From positions 6,812-70,811 of the forward strand of contig DIOR01000021.1 of assembly GCA_002423965.1 (NCBI GenBank): 64,000 bases of DNA. The letters run 5' to 3'. The DNA comes from Firmicutes bacterium UBA5509 (lineage in GTDB: Bacteria > Bacillota > Proteinivoracia > UBA4975). The translations under genes and the position numbers were made by a program. Below the pieces are notes generated by a model. It was not told the origin of the DNA and made no database searches. It was given only the letters and a program-made list of their open reading frames with translations. Positions 29,755 to 39,996 of the stretch are shown piece after piece. Position 1 is the stretch's first letter, and every line of letters begins with the position of its first letter.

Positions 29755-29794
29755 AAAAAAACGGGACAAAAGGAATCCCTTTGTCCCGTTTTTG
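29755..29794 (-). terminator. Terminator after the amino-acid ABC operon
   Basis: AAAAACGGGACAAA...TTTGTCCCGTTTTT. Confidence 0.75.
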
Positions 29795-29796
29795 TT

Positions 29797-30519
29797 TTAC
29801 AGTACCTTACTTAAGAAATCTTTTGTGGCCTCATGGATAGGATTGGCCAGCAAATCCGAGGGCGGCCCTTCCTCGACGATGACGCCGTTGTGCATAAAGA
29901 TAACCTTGTCTCCTACTTCCCTGGCAAAAGCCATTTCATGGGTGACAACAATCATCGTCATGCCGTCGGCAGCCAGTTCTTTCATAACAGTAAGAACTTC
30001 GCCGGTCATGCCCGGGTCAAGAGCCGAAGTCACTTCATCAAAGAGCATGACTTTCGGCTGCATTGCCAGTGCTCTGGCAATAGCAACTCTCTGCTGTTGC
30101 CCCCCAGATAGCTGATGGGGCCAAGACTGGGCCTTGTCAGCAAGATCGACCTTGCCCAACAAATCCATAGCCAATTCTTCAGCATCCTCTGCAGACATAC
30201 CCCGCACCTTTTTCGGGGCCAGGGTAATGTTGTCTATTACCCGCTTGTGAGGGAATAAGTTAAACTGCTGAAAAACCATGCCTGTCTCCCTGCGCACTTC
30301 GTGTTTGACTACCCCTTTGGCGGTAACATCCACACCATCAATCCATATCTCGCCGCTGTCGGGAATCTCCAATAGATTTACACAACGCAGCAAAGTGCTC
30401 TTGCCGGAACCACTGGCACCAATGAGGACAACGACCTCACCCGGGCTGACAGAAGCGGAGACCCCTTTGAGGACGTGGTTATCTCCGAAGGCCTTTTCCA
30501 GGTTGACTATTTGAATCAT
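29797..30519 (-). CDS. Polar amino-acid ABC transporter ATPase (GlnQ-like)
   Basis: [28 protein letters not shown]. Start moved to MIQIVNL. Confidence 0.93.
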   Translation of the reverse strand: MIQIVNLEKAFGDNHVLKGVSASVSPGEVVVLIGASGSGKSTLLRCVNLLEIPDSGEIWIDGVDVTAKGVVKHEVRRETGMVFQQFNLFPHKRVIDNITLAPKKVRGMSAEDAEELAMDLLGKVDLADKAQSWPHQLSGGQQQRVAIARALAMQPKVMLFDEVTSALDPGMTGEVLTVMKELAADGMTMIVVTHEMAFAREVGDKVIFMHNGVIVEEGPPSDLLANPIHEATKDFLSKVL

Positions 30520-31237
30520 CAGGTCCCATCCTCCTTTCCAGCGATGCCAGCAACTGAGACAAGACAAAGGTGATGGCAAAATAAACTATGGCGATGCCGA
30601 TATACATGGTGAAGTATTCGTAAGTGCGAGCAGCAGCAAGGGTCGCCTTGTAGGTCAATTCAGCAATGCCAATAAAATTGACAAGAGATGAATCCTTGGT
30701 CAAGGTGACCATCTCATTGCCCATAGAGGGAATGACCCGCCTAAAGGCCTGGGGAAAGACAATGTATCGGAAGACCTGAGTTGGAGACAGTCCCACCGAG
30801 AGACCAGCCTGGGTCTGCCCCATATCAATAGATTGGATGCCTCCCCTAAAGACTTCTCCCATGTAGGCTCCACTATTTAGGCTGAGGGCGATAATCCCTG
30901 AAGCCATAGCAGGTAATCTGATGCCAAGTTCAGCCAATCCATAATGGACAATAAAGATCTGCACAATCATCGGGGTTCCCCTGATAAAGGCAACGTAGAC
31001 ACTGGCTAATGCCTTAGTGGGCCAAAACTTAGAGAGGCGGCCGATGGCCACGAGAATGCCTAATGTCACCCCCAAAATGACTGCAAACAAGCTGATTATG
31101 AGGGATATTTTTGCTCCTTCTAGTAGCCTAGGTAGGGTTCGAATTAGTAGTTCCCAATTGACGATGTCTTTTATGGTTTGAATTAGTAGTAATAATTCTA
31201 GGATGAGGTCCGTTAGGAAATCTATTATTGAAGTCAT
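30479..31237 (-). CDS. Polar amino-acid ABC transporter permease
   Basis: [26 protein letters not shown]. Confidence 0.93.
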   Translation of the reverse strand: MTSIIDFLTDLILELLLLIQTIKDIVNWELLIRTLPRLLEGAKISLIISLFAVILGVTLGILVAIGRLSKFWPTKALASVYVAFIRGTPMIVQIFIVHYGLAELGIRLPAMASGIIALSLNSGAYMGEVFRGGIQSIDMGQTQAGLSVGLSPTQVFRYIVFPQAFRRVIPSMGNEMVTLTKDSSLVNFIGIAELTYKATLAAARTYEYFTMYIGIAIVYFAITFVLSQLLASLERRMGPDDSNSQPGKGLRR

Positions 31238-31246
31238 TATTTCCCT

Positions 31247-32005
31247 TTATTCGCCAAACCAATTTTCAAAGATTTTGTCGTACTCGCCGTCTTCCCTCAT
31301 TTTTTTTAGGGAAGCGTCGATCTTATCCATGGTATCGGTGTTGGTCTTTTTCACAGCAATGCCATACTGTTCGTTGGTGAAGGGTTCACCTAGGATTTTC
31401 ATACCGCCTAAATGAGTAATGTAGTCTTTAGCTACGGGTTCGTCGATAATTACCAGGTCGACACGGCCCAGTTTAAGGTCCATAAAGCACTCATTGACTC
31501 GTTTGTACTGCTTCAGATTGGGGTGGTCTTCAGCACCAAAAATGTCTTCGCCTTCATAGGAACCGGTTGTCCCCATCTGGACGGCAACGAGTAAGTCCTG
31601 ATCAACAATGTCATCGATAGAGAAATTACGATCTTCATCGTCCCTGATAACTAGGACCTGAGAGGCGTCAAAATAGGGCTTGCTAAAGAGAACTTTCTCA
31701 GACCGCTCTTCATCAATAGTCATAGCCGCAATGACAATATCCAGCTTATCAGTTTCAAGGGATTCAATAAGGCTGTCAAAGGGAAGGTGTGTTACTTCAA
31801 TTTTCCAGTCATTGTCCTCGGCAATATGCTTGATGATGTCAATGTCAAAACCAATAATGTTTTCGTTATCATCAGTAGTCTCAAAAGGTGGGAAAGTAGC
31901 TTCAGTCCCAACTTTTAAAACTTTTCCACCCCCTTGAGATGTGCATCCAGAGAGCGCAGCGACACTCAGTAACAGAACTGCCAGCAAAATAAAACCTTTT
32001 TTCAA
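31247..32005 (-). CDS. Amino-acid ABC transporter substrate-binding lipoprotein
   Basis: Lipobox LSGC; VGTEATFPPFE, GFDID. TTG start behind AGGAGG. Confidence 0.92.
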   Translation of the reverse strand: MKKGFILLAVLLLSVAALSGCTSQGGGKVLKVGTEATFPPFETTDDNENIIGFDIDIIKHIAEDNDWKIEVTHLPFDSLIESLETDKLDIVIAAMTIDEERSEKVLFSKPYFDASQVLVIRDDEDRNFSIDDIVDQDLLVAVQMGTTGSYEGEDIFGAEDHPNLKQYKRVNECFMDLKLGRVDLVIIDEPVAKDYITHLGGMKILGEPFTNEQYGIAVKKTNTDTMDKIDASLKKMREDGEYDKIFENWFGE

Positions 32006-32195
32006 TGTCCTTATCCTCCTCATTAGTATTATTAATACCAACCGGTCTTAGGACCAGGAGAATAAAAGGTATCCACATCCATAGACAGGTTGCTTAATTT
32101 ATCTATTCTTCACTGATTTACAATGTCCTTCTTTTTCCGTAATATTTTTGACATATTTCGATAATAAAACAAGCCGGTTCCCCGGCTTTCCTTAA

Positions 32196-32948
32196 TTATT
32201 CATCAAACCATTTGTCGTATAGAGTTTGGTATTCGCCGCTGGAAACCATTTTTTCTAGGGAGGCGTTGATTTTGTCCAGCTTTTCTTTCTCCCCTTTTTG
32301 TACAGCAATGCCAAATTTTTCTTCGGTGAAGGGAGAACCATGAATTTTCATGCCACCCATTTCTCCAATATACTTTTGGGCAACGGGCTGATCAATTATT
32401 GCTAAATCAACCCTACCACTGGCCAACTCTAAAAAGACTTCATTTGCCCGTTTGTATTCATATAGGTTGTGTATCTTATCTGACCCCAAAATCTTTTGGG
32501 CCTCCTCAGCGCCGGTAGTGCCCATTTGCACCGCCACTTTCAGATCCAGGGAGGCAATGTCATCCATGCTATATTCTCGAGTCTCTTCTTCCCTAACGAC
32601 AATTATTTGTGAAGCATCGTAGTAGGGATTGCTAAAGTCTGCCCTTTGGGAGCGCTCATCATCAATGGTCATGGCGGCAATGACGATATCCAGATCCCCG
32701 CCTTCCAGCTTGTCAATAAGGGTATCAAAAGCTATGTTTACAATCTCGTAGTCCCATCCGTTATCCTCTGCAATATAAGCAATAACATCCATATCAAAGC
32801 CAATATAAGTTCCATTTTCGTCTTGAGATTCAAAGGGCGCGAAGGTAGCCTCAGTACCAACTGTTAACACTTCTTTTTCTTCAGCACATCCGCTAATGGT
32901 GATAAGACATAAGAATAAGACAGCAAATACGGCAATACTCTTCTTCAC
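32196..32948 (-). CDS. Second amino-acid ABC substrate-binding lipoprotein (tandem paralog)
   Basis: Lipobox ISGC; clearly similar to its neighbour (IAEDN.W, LDIVIAAMTID.ER, VAVQMGTTG). Confidence 0.92.
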   Translation of the reverse strand: MKKSIAVFAVLFLCLITISGCAEEKEVLTVGTEATFAPFESQDENGTYIGFDMDVIAYIAEDNGWDYEIVNIAFDTLIDKLEGGDLDIVIAAMTIDDERSQRADFSNPYYDASQIIVVREEETREYSMDDIASLDLKVAVQMGTTGAEEAQKILGSDKIHNLYEYKRANEVFLELASGRVDLAIIDQPVAQKYIGEMGGMKIHGSPFTEEKFGIAVQKGEKEKLDKINASLEKMVSSGEYQTLYDKWFDE

Positions 32949-33077
32949 AGCAGATAGCCTCCTTCATTCAATTTTAAGCATATCTACTAATATTTCTACA
33001 TTTGCTGTCAGTTTCCTTCTTTCTTTGGACATACTCTTGAAATATTTATGACATCTAATAGCATTATATCCCCCAGG

Positions 33078-33878
33078 CTAACCCCAATTTAGGGCCTCCG
33101 CCAACTCCCCCACCGACTTAAAGACAAAATCCGGTGCAAACTGGGTGTTTGCCAGGTCCTCCTCCTTGCTCTCGCCGCTGAGGACTAAGACTGTATTCAG
33201 ACCAGCGTTAATTCCCATGGCGATATCTGTATACAGCCTGTCCCCTACCATGGCAATTTCCTGCCGGGGAGCCTTTATCCGAGTTAAGGCAGCCTGGACA
33301 ATCTCCCGGTTGGGTTTGCCAATGACTTTAGGACTGCGACCTGTAGAGGCCTCGATGAAAGCAATTATCGACCCTGCATCAGGCATGTACCTGCCCCCCT
33401 CCAGGGGACAGTTTATATCAGGATGAGTGGCCACATACTGTGTACCCTCTCGAATAAGATCGCAGGCGTCCCATAGCTTTTGGTAGTCCAAGGTGGTATC
33501 AAAGCCCACAACTACATAATCAGGACATTGGTCCCTTGTCACCAGCTGCAAGCCATGGGCAGCAAATTCCCGGGCCAGGGCAGGGGTGCCCAAGAGAAAG
33601 ACCTTTGTACCGGCCTTGATCGTTTGCAGGTAAATAGCTGTGGCCTCTCCTGAGGTAAGGACCTGGTCCCTTTGGGCTGTGATTCCCATGGTCGCCAACT
33701 TTTCTACATATGCGCCTTTATCCCTAGAGGAATTATTAGTCAGAAAGATATACTCTAACCCCCGCTGGGTAAGCAGGGATATAAATTCCTTTGCCCCTGG
33801 CAGCAGTGAATTCCCCAGATAAATCGTTCCGTCCATGTCTAAGAGAAAGCAACGAATATCCTTCAAAGATTTCGCCAT
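33078..33878 (-). CDS. HAD-IIA hydrolase (NagD-like)
   Basis: DMDGT, LTNNS, IGKP, MVGDRLYTDI. Confidence 0.92.
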   Translation of the reverse strand: MAKSLKDIRCFLLDMDGTIYLGNSLLPGAKEFISLLTQRGLEYIFLTNNSSRDKGAYVEKLATMGITAQRDQVLTSGEATAIYLQTIKAGTKVFLLGTPALAREFAAHGLQLVTRDQCPDYVVVGFDTTLDYQKLWDACDLIREGTQYVATHPDINCPLEGGRYMPDAGSIIAFIEASTGRSPKVIGKPNREIVQAALTRIKAPRQEIAMVGDRLYTDIAMGINAGLNTVLVLSGESKEEDLANTQFAPDFVFKSVGELAEALNWG

Positions 33879-33997
33879 TCTTTCACCCTCCAGCTATAAT
33901 TGTTCCTAGCTACCTTCGGCAAGTGCCCTTTGCATTCCTCCCCCACCCTTTCACCTTGAGAATATCTTTGCTAGAATTAAGCAAAGGGAGAGATAGC

Positions 33998-34768
33998 ATG
34001 TACGAAGAACTGACAAAATTCTACCAAGATGAAATTTTTACCTGTAGCCTCTGTAAGCAAAAGCTCATGAACCCCTACCTCCATCACAATCCAAAACATG
34101 ATCCTCCTAACCATTCTCTGGCTGCCAACCGCCGCAAATTTCAGCTAGACTACATAGCATCCAAGACTCAGGTGCAAATAGCTGTAGTAGGCGAGGCACC
34201 CGGCCTGGACGGCTGCGGCTATGGGGGAATTGCCTTTACCGGCGAATACAATGCCGTCCTGGATCTAGGGCTCCCCAATTACCATGGCACCCAAACAGGC
34301 TGGCAAAAAGAGCAGTCGGCAAATGTGCTCTACGGAGCTATAAAAACTTATTGTGAAGAGACTGGGGTTACTCTAGCAGCAGCAAACTCCCGCCTTTACT
34401 TTACCAATGGGATTATGTGTGTCCCCTTGGGGGAAAATGGCCGCTCTATTACCTCTCCAGCTGCCAACACTCTAAATCAATGCCGGAGGAATTTTCGCCG
34501 CCAAATTGATATCCTCAAGCCCCGCTTGCTGGTGACTTTAGGAGCCAATGCCCTAAAAGCTGTTGCAGACACTTATAATCTCAAGATTGAGGACAAGCTT
34601 ACCACCATTGTTGCAAACCAACGCAAGAATAAAGAACCCCTTGAAGTCCAAACTGGCCTATGGCTCATCCCTGAGATCCACCCTTCCCCTAGGAACAGGG
34701 TGCTGGGAGAACTCTATACCGCACTGCCCTTGAGCCTAACAGAGATTTTTCAGGAATTCTTGCTCTAA
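33998..34768 (+). CDS. Uracil-DNA glycosylase superfamily protein
   Basis: VVGEAPG.DGC...GIAFT, YFTN...C.P, TLG..A, HPSPRN. Start moved to MYEELTK. Confidence 0.75.
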   Translation: MYEELTKFYQDEIFTCSLCKQKLMNPYLHHNPKHDPPNHSLAANRRKFQLDYIASKTQVQIAVVGEAPGLDGCGYGGIAFTGEYNAVLDLGLPNYHGTQTGWQKEQSANVLYGAIKTYCEETGVTLAAANSRLYFTNGIMCVPLGENGRSITSPAANTLNQCRRNFRRQIDILKPRLLVTLGANALKAVADTYNLKIEDKLTTIVANQRKNKEPLEVQTGLWLIPEIHPSPRNRVLGELYTALPLSLTEIFQEFLL

Positions 34769-34831
34769 AATACAGGGAAATATGCTTAGCATAGCGAAGT
34801 ATATTTCATGGAATTAAGGGAGGTTGACATT

Positions 34832-35968
34832 ATGCAGTATAGAAAATTTGGCAGACATGACTTAAAGATATCGGCCCTGGGATTTGGCTGTATGCGCCTG
34901 CCTACTTTAGGTGACCAGGGCAAAATTGATGAGGCCGAAGCTATAAAAATGCTGCGCTACGCCATCGACCAGGGGGTCAATTATATAGATACTGCCTGGC
35001 CCTATCACCGGGAAACCAGCGAAGATCTGGTGGGCAAGGCCCTCAGCGATGGTTACCGGCAAAAGGTTTTCTTGGCCACGAAATCACCACTGTACTTAAT
35101 TGAGACCAAAGCTGAATATGACCAATACCTTGACCGCCAGCTGGAAAAGCTTCGCACCGAGCAGATTGACTTCTACTTGCTTCATGCCCTCAACGGCAAA
35201 AAGTGGCAGCAATGCTTAGAGCATGACATCTTTGACTTCATCACCAGGGCAAAGGCGGCAGGAAAAATTAAATTTATGGGCTTTTCCTTCCACGATGAGC
35301 TCTCAGCCTTCAAGGAAATTGTCGACGCATATGATTGGGACTTTTGCCAGATTCAATACAACTATATGAATGAAGAATACCAGGCCGGTCGGGAAGGACT
35401 GCGCTATGCTGCCACCAAGGGGATGGCTGTCGTCATCATGGAACCTCTGCTGGGAGGACGATTGGCCCGGGCCGGTAGCCCTGCCCTTCAGTCCATCTGG
35501 GATCAGGCGCCCATTAGACGCAGTCCCGCAGAATGGGGTTTAAGCTGGTTGTGGAATCAGCCGGAGGTCAGCCTGGTCTTAAGCGGTATGAGTACAATGG
35601 AACAGGTGGAGGAAAATGTCCGGGTAGCCGGGAAATCCGCAGTAGACTCATTGTCTCAAGGAGAGCTGGACATAATCGCTAATGCCCGAGAATATTACCT
35701 TGCCCAAACCAAGGTAGATTGCACTGGCTGTCAGTATTGTGGAGACTGTCCCGCTAAGATAAGAATTGCCTCTATCTTCAGCCTCTATAATAGCGCCTAT
35801 ATGTATGACGAGCGCCAGGGAGCCGAGAAGGCATACCAGTCAATGATTGAGAAAAACGGGGACTTCTCACAGTGTATTGACTGCGGTCAGTGTGAAGGAA
35901 TCTGTCCGCAAAACCTAGAAGTGCGCCGCTATCTCCGGGAATTCCATAAAGAATTTTCCGGGAAATAA
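34832..35968 (+). CDS. Aldo/keto reductase with a C-terminal 4Fe-4S dicluster
   Basis: LGFGCMRLP, DTAWPY, GFSFH, MEPLLGG; CTGCQYC..CP and CIDCGQCEGICPQ. Confidence 0.92.
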   Translation: MQYRKFGRHDLKISALGFGCMRLPTLGDQGKIDEAEAIKMLRYAIDQGVNYIDTAWPYHRETSEDLVGKALSDGYRQKVFLATKSPLYLIETKAEYDQYLDRQLEKLRTEQIDFYLLHALNGKKWQQCLEHDIFDFITRAKAAGKIKFMGFSFHDELSAFKEIVDAYDWDFCQIQYNYMNEEYQAGREGLRYAATKGMAVVIMEPLLGGRLARAGSPALQSIWDQAPIRRSPAEWGLSWLWNQPEVSLVLSGMSTMEQVEENVRVAGKSAVDSLSQGELDIIANAREYYLAQTKVDCTGCQYCGDCPAKIRIASIFSLYNSAYMYDERQGAEKAYQSMIEKNGDFSQCIDCGQCEGICPQNLEVRRYLREFHKEFSGK

Positions 35969-36018
35969 CCACTACGCGATACCAGCATTAGTCACAATAG
36001 GCGTCTTCCCTCAATATT

Positions 36019-36635
36019 ATGGAGAGTAGTTTCATAGTAGGGAGGGGGGTTTTTGCCTTTTTTGTAGTGATATTCTTGGCAATTGCCGTTTCCATGGATG
36101 GGTTCGGTGCAGGAATAGCGTGCGGTCTCAATGGTGTGCGCATTCCCTTTCCTTCAATAGCACTGATGGGGCTTGCAGCCGGCAGTGCCGTCCTGATTTC
36201 CATGTTGGCGGGCGCCCTGGTGGGCAGTTTTATTGATCCCCGCTGGGCTGTATTGAAGGGGGCTTGTTGTTGATTGTTCTGGGCATATTCATGCTTCGTC
36301 AGACCGGTAAGGCTGGAGAACAAGGTGGTCTTATGGGGTTACTGAATGACCCTGTTCGGGCCGATGCCGATCACTCGGGGGGCATCAGTGCCCGGGAGGC
36401 CATAATCCTGGGTGTGGCCTTGGCTTTGGATGGATTTGGCGCGGGCTTTGGCGCCGCCCTGGCTGGGTTCTCCCCTGTCGCCACTGGTCTGGCCGTAGCG
36501 GTGGTCAAGGTCATCTTTGTACACGTCGGGTTAGCGTTGGGGCGTGTTGCCAGAAGCTTGCCGTTAAAGCATATAAAGATACTCCCCGGCTTGATAATCC
36601 TCGCCCTGGGCGTGTTGAAGATTATCTTGTTGTGA
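36019..36635 (+). pseudogene. ytaF: YtaF/MntP-family membrane protein split by a frameshift near 36258
   Basis: Two half ORFs: AVSMDGFGAG in the first; P..ADADHSG.IS..EA..LG.ALALDGFGAG in the second. Adding one base near GAAGGGGGC joins them. Start uncertain. Confidence 0.75.
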
Positions 36636-36742
36636 TAAAGAATCCTCCAGGGTTTTTCGTGCCTTTCGGGATTAATTCGCCAATATATGGGTGCTACCTG
36701 TTGGTATGCACCCTAGTTTGGTGTGTACTAGATATTAAATCA

Positions 36743-36773
36743 AAAGACGGCTTCTAACCAGTTGCCGTCTTTT
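36743..36773. terminator. Bidirectional terminator
   Basis: AAAGACGGC...GCCGTCTTTT between convergent genes. Confidence 0.7.
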
Positions 36774-36806
36774 GTAGGTTTTTAAGGCCGTTATTGCTAC
36801 AGAACC

Positions 36807-38150
36807 TTATTTTCTAAAGAAATCTAGGGGATTGAGGACCTGACCATTTCGTCGGACCTCCCAGTGTAGGTGAGAGCCTGAGCTGTGGCCGGTGTTGCCA
36901 ACCCTGCCAATGATCTGGCCCCTGACCACGGTGCTGCCAACATGGATGGAGTTGGCAAAGGATTGCAAGTGAGCGTAACGGGTAGAGTAACCATCGCTAT
37001 GCTGAATCACTATATATCTACCGTAACCGGACACCCGGGCCTTAGTGGTAACGGTGCCGCTGGCAGCAGCATAGATAGGAGTGCCCCTGGGATTAGGTAT
37101 ATCTACCCCTGTATGGCGGCGCCCATTAGGACGGGGTTCACCTAAATAGGATGAAATCCGTCCTCCGTTGACGGGGAAGCGGAACATCCCCGTAGGTCGA
37201 GCAGACCAGTAGCCAATCCCAGTGAATATTACTTTTGTCTGTGGCTCTTTGACCACTGCAGACTTGGTCCGTTGGCGTCTAATTTCCTGGCCATTAACCT
37301 TTACCACCTTGTATGTTACGGAACGGCGACCATTAACCCCTGAAACATTAACTACATCGCCCCGGACAGAGTTGTCTGGATTGACTTTGTATTGAACGGA
37401 ATAGGGAATGGTCTCGGAGGTACTAACCTCCTCCACAGTCTCTACATGAAGCAGGGTCTTGCTAGACTGCAGGTTCAAAACCTGTCCCGCTTGAATGATG
37501 TCCCCCTTAATGGAGTTGGCCTGCTGAAGGACAGATATTGGCACATTATGGGAACGGGAAATCCCCGATAGAGAATCGCCCTTTCTAACAACATAGGTTT
37601 TATTTTCTGCTTGGCCGCAGACTAACATGGAGAAGACGTCTTCCTTATCGCTTAAGGCCTCCGGAGTGATGGCAACGCTCTCAATACTAACGTCCTCTCG
37701 CAATCCTACCGATAGTAATGAACAATTTTTGTTATCCCTTATGTAATGAGCCTTAACTTCCTCAAGAAGATCAGTGGCTGTCTGTTCTTTGTCCACGATG
37801 GCAGCAATATCTCTATTGATGACAATGGCCCAGCCTTTTGTTTTATATGTAACAGCTGCCTCAATTCCTGCGGAGATTGTGGGGGAAGAAAACCGTGGAG
37901 ACCACATCCGCACCTTGGAGGCGGAGATTCTTTCATTCATAACCAAATCACATTCCCACTGTGTCTCAGCCCGGGTCTGGATATCCTTTACAATAGCATT
38001 ATATTCATCCAAGTCTCCCACAAAACCTAAAGGCTCATCTTGAAGGGATACTTGGTAAACCCACTGAGGGGTGACTAATGTGTATGCAGAGCCAACAAAA
38101 AAAACCGCTACCAGGACAATTGCCCCTACACAAGAGATTTTTTTAGCCAC
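36807..38150 (-). CDS. LysM-G5-M23 peptidoglycan endopeptidase
   Basis: YVVRKGDSL (LysM), G5-like segment, HTGVD, YAHL, HLHWEVR. Confidence 0.9.
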   Translation of the reverse strand: MAKKISCVGAIVLVAVFFVGSAYTLVTPQWVYQVSLQDEPLGFVGDLDEYNAIVKDIQTRAETQWECDLVMNERISASKVRMWSPRFSSPTISAGIEAAVTYKTKGWAIVINRDIAAIVDKEQTATDLLEEVKAHYIRDNKNCSLLSVGLREDVSIESVAITPEALSDKEDVFSMLVCGQAENKTYVVRKGDSLSGISRSHNVPISVLQQANSIKGDIIQAGQVLNLQSSKTLLHVETVEEVSTSETIPYSVQYKVNPDNSVRGDVVNVSGVNGRRSVTYKVVKVNGQEIRRQRTKSAVVKEPQTKVIFTGIGYWSARPTGMFRFPVNGGRISSYLGEPRPNGRRHTGVDIPNPRGTPIYAAASGTVTTKARVSGYGRYIVIQHSDGYSTRYAHLQSFANSIHVGSTVVRGQIIGRVGNTGHSSGSHLHWEVRRNGQVLNPLDFFRK

Positions 38151-38184
38151 AACGAATTCCTCCTTTCCGGAGTTAAATATATAA

Positions 38185-38210
38185 ATTCTACAAATCCCCC
38201 CGGGAATCCT
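38185..38210 (-). promoter_or_regulatory. SigH-like promoter for the M23 gene
   Basis: AGGA-N18-GAAT on the minus strand. Confidence 0.5.
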
Positions 38211-38311
38211 CCATAATAATAAAATTTCTCAAAACAAGACTCTGCTTTCCATTGCCCTTTTACATCCCTTTTGTCACAGCCTGTATGATACAATTTACTG
38301 GAGGTGCGCTT

Positions 38312-38878
38312 ATGAAAATTGAAAGGCAATTCTTCACTGCCCCCACCTTGACTGTGGCTTCCAGCTTGTTGGGATTAACCTTAGTTCGCCATAGCCCCCT
38401 AGGTGTTAGAGCTGGTATTATCGTCGAAACTGAAGCCTATACCGAAAATGATCCTGCCTGCCACGCCAATCGGGGGAAAACCCCACGAAACGCAGCTATG
38501 TTTGGACCTGCCGGGACGGCCTATGTGTACTTAATTTACGGCATGCATTACTGCTTTAATGTGGTCACTGGCAAAGAGGGTATTGGAGAAGCGGTGCTCA
38601 TCCGCGCCCTGGAGCCCATAAAGGGCGTTCCCCAGATGGAAGAAGCCCGGGGAACAAGGGATGCCAAGCTCCTCTGTGCTGGACCCGGCCGTCTCTGTCA
38701 GGCCTTGGGTATTACCACCTCTGATAACGGCATTAGCTTATTGGGGGAGACAATCTTCCTTAATCGAGGCAAGAAGCCCCAATCAATAGTCACTGCTTCC
38801 CGCATTGGCATCAGTGCTGGCCAAGACTTGCCCTACCGCTTTTACATTGCTGGAAATAAGTTTGTTTCCAAAAAATAA
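38312..38878 (+). CDS. DNA-3-methyladenine glycosylase (MPG/AAG)
   Basis: IVETEAY, DPACH, YVYLIYGMHYCFN, AVLIRALEP, GPGRLCQALGI. Confidence 0.93.
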   Translation: MKIERQFFTAPTLTVASSLLGLTLVRHSPLGVRAGIIVETEAYTENDPACHANRGKTPRNAAMFGPAGTAYVYLIYGMHYCFNVVTGKEGIGEAVLIRALEPIKGVPQMEEARGTRDAKLLCAGPGRLCQALGITTSDNGISLLGETIFLNRGKKPQSIVTASRIGISAGQDLPYRFYIAGNKFVSKK

Positions 38879-38960
38879 CCCCGGGGCTTATCAATCTAAA
38901 AGGCAGGGAAACCCAGGGAAGATGACGAAGTAAAAAATATAGATTATTAGGAGGTGCGGC

Positions 38961-39995
38961 ATGAAAATAATGCATACAGCCGATGTTCATCTGAGTAGCC
39001 ACCATCCCCGGCGTCTTGAAGCCTTAAAAAAGGTTATTCAGCTGGGCAAGGATGAACACATCGATCTGCTGCTGGTAGCCGGTGACCTCTTTGACGATGA
39101 CCATCAAGCCCAGCTGCTGCGGGGGGAAGTGCGGGGGCTGTTCAGCGACTTGCCCTTTCAGGTTGTAGCAATCCCCGGCAACCATGACCAACAAGCTTTT
39201 ACCGAAGAGTCTTTTTTTGGAACCGAATTTAAGGCTCTCACCACTAAGCCTCTGGCCATTGAAGACTTTCCCGACTGGCGCCTGGTAGCCGTCCCTTATG
39301 GAGAAGGCAGCTTTGTCTCCCTTTCGGAGGATTTACGCCAAGCTGTGGCCCTGGATAAAAAAAACATTCTCATGCTCCATTGTTCTTGGTCCTTACCCTT
39401 CCATAATGATGAGGATTATGGCGGCGAGGACCTTAGATACTTGCCAGTTACCGAAGCCACCCTTACGGGACTGGGTTATGACTACATCCTAGCAGGCCAC
39501 TTTCATTCCAGTTATCGCCAGCGAATTTTGCCCTGCAAGGCAGTCTTTGTCTATCCGGGCTCTCCGGTGTCAATAACCTCTCGGGAACAAGGGCGCCGAG
39601 GGGTGAATATAATTGATGAAAAAGGCTGCAAACAGGTATTGCTGGACAGCTGGTACTACCAGGATATGGAGTATATCCTTAGGGTCACTAACACCGATGC
39701 CACTCTGGATCAGCTAGAAAGGGAGCTGGCATCCCATCCCGATGAATACTGCACCCTTACTGTGCGCATCAAGGGCTACAGCCAGGAAAATGAAACCTCC
39801 CTCCAAGCTCGGATACAGCAAATCCTTGGCCATCGGGTCAATACCCATTTGGAATTGCTTTTCCGAAGCGCCGGCGAAATCTCCGCCGATCCCTTGTACC
39901 AAAGAATCCGCCAGCACGTGCAAGGGCCCAATTCCGAGGAGATGGATGACATGCTTCTCGATGCTTTTAGCCAAATCCATGCGGAGGATAGGTAA
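38961..39995 (+). CDS. SbcD/Mre11-like metallophosphoesterase nuclease
   Basis: HTADVH, AGDLFD, PGNHD, LAGHFH, YPGS. Confidence 0.9.
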   Translation: MKIMHTADVHLSSHHPRRLEALKKVIQLGKDEHIDLLLVAGDLFDDDHQAQLLRGEVRGLFSDLPFQVVAIPGNHDQQAFTEESFFGTEFKALTTKPLAIEDFPDWRLVAVPYGEGSFVSLSEDLRQAVALDKKNILMLHCSWSLPFHNDEDYGGEDLRYLPVTEATLTGLGYDYILAGHFHSSYRQRILPCKAVFVYPGSPVSITSREQGRRGVNIIDEKGCKQVLLDSWYYQDMEYILRVTNTDATLDQLERELASHPDEYCTLTVRIKGYSQENETSLQARIQQILGHRVNTHLELLFRSAGEISADPLYQRIRQHVQGPNSEEMDDMLLDAFSQIHAEDR

Positions 39996-39996
39996 T

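Noticed and set aside
39742-39996. 85-aa N-terminal extension of the Rad50-like ORF in the track
   Set aside because: It overlaps the nuclease gene; the real start is the ATG at 39997 behind GGAGG. Similar over-extended starts were trimmed for tyrS, plsC, the UDG-like gene, MPG and the GlnQ-like ATPase.
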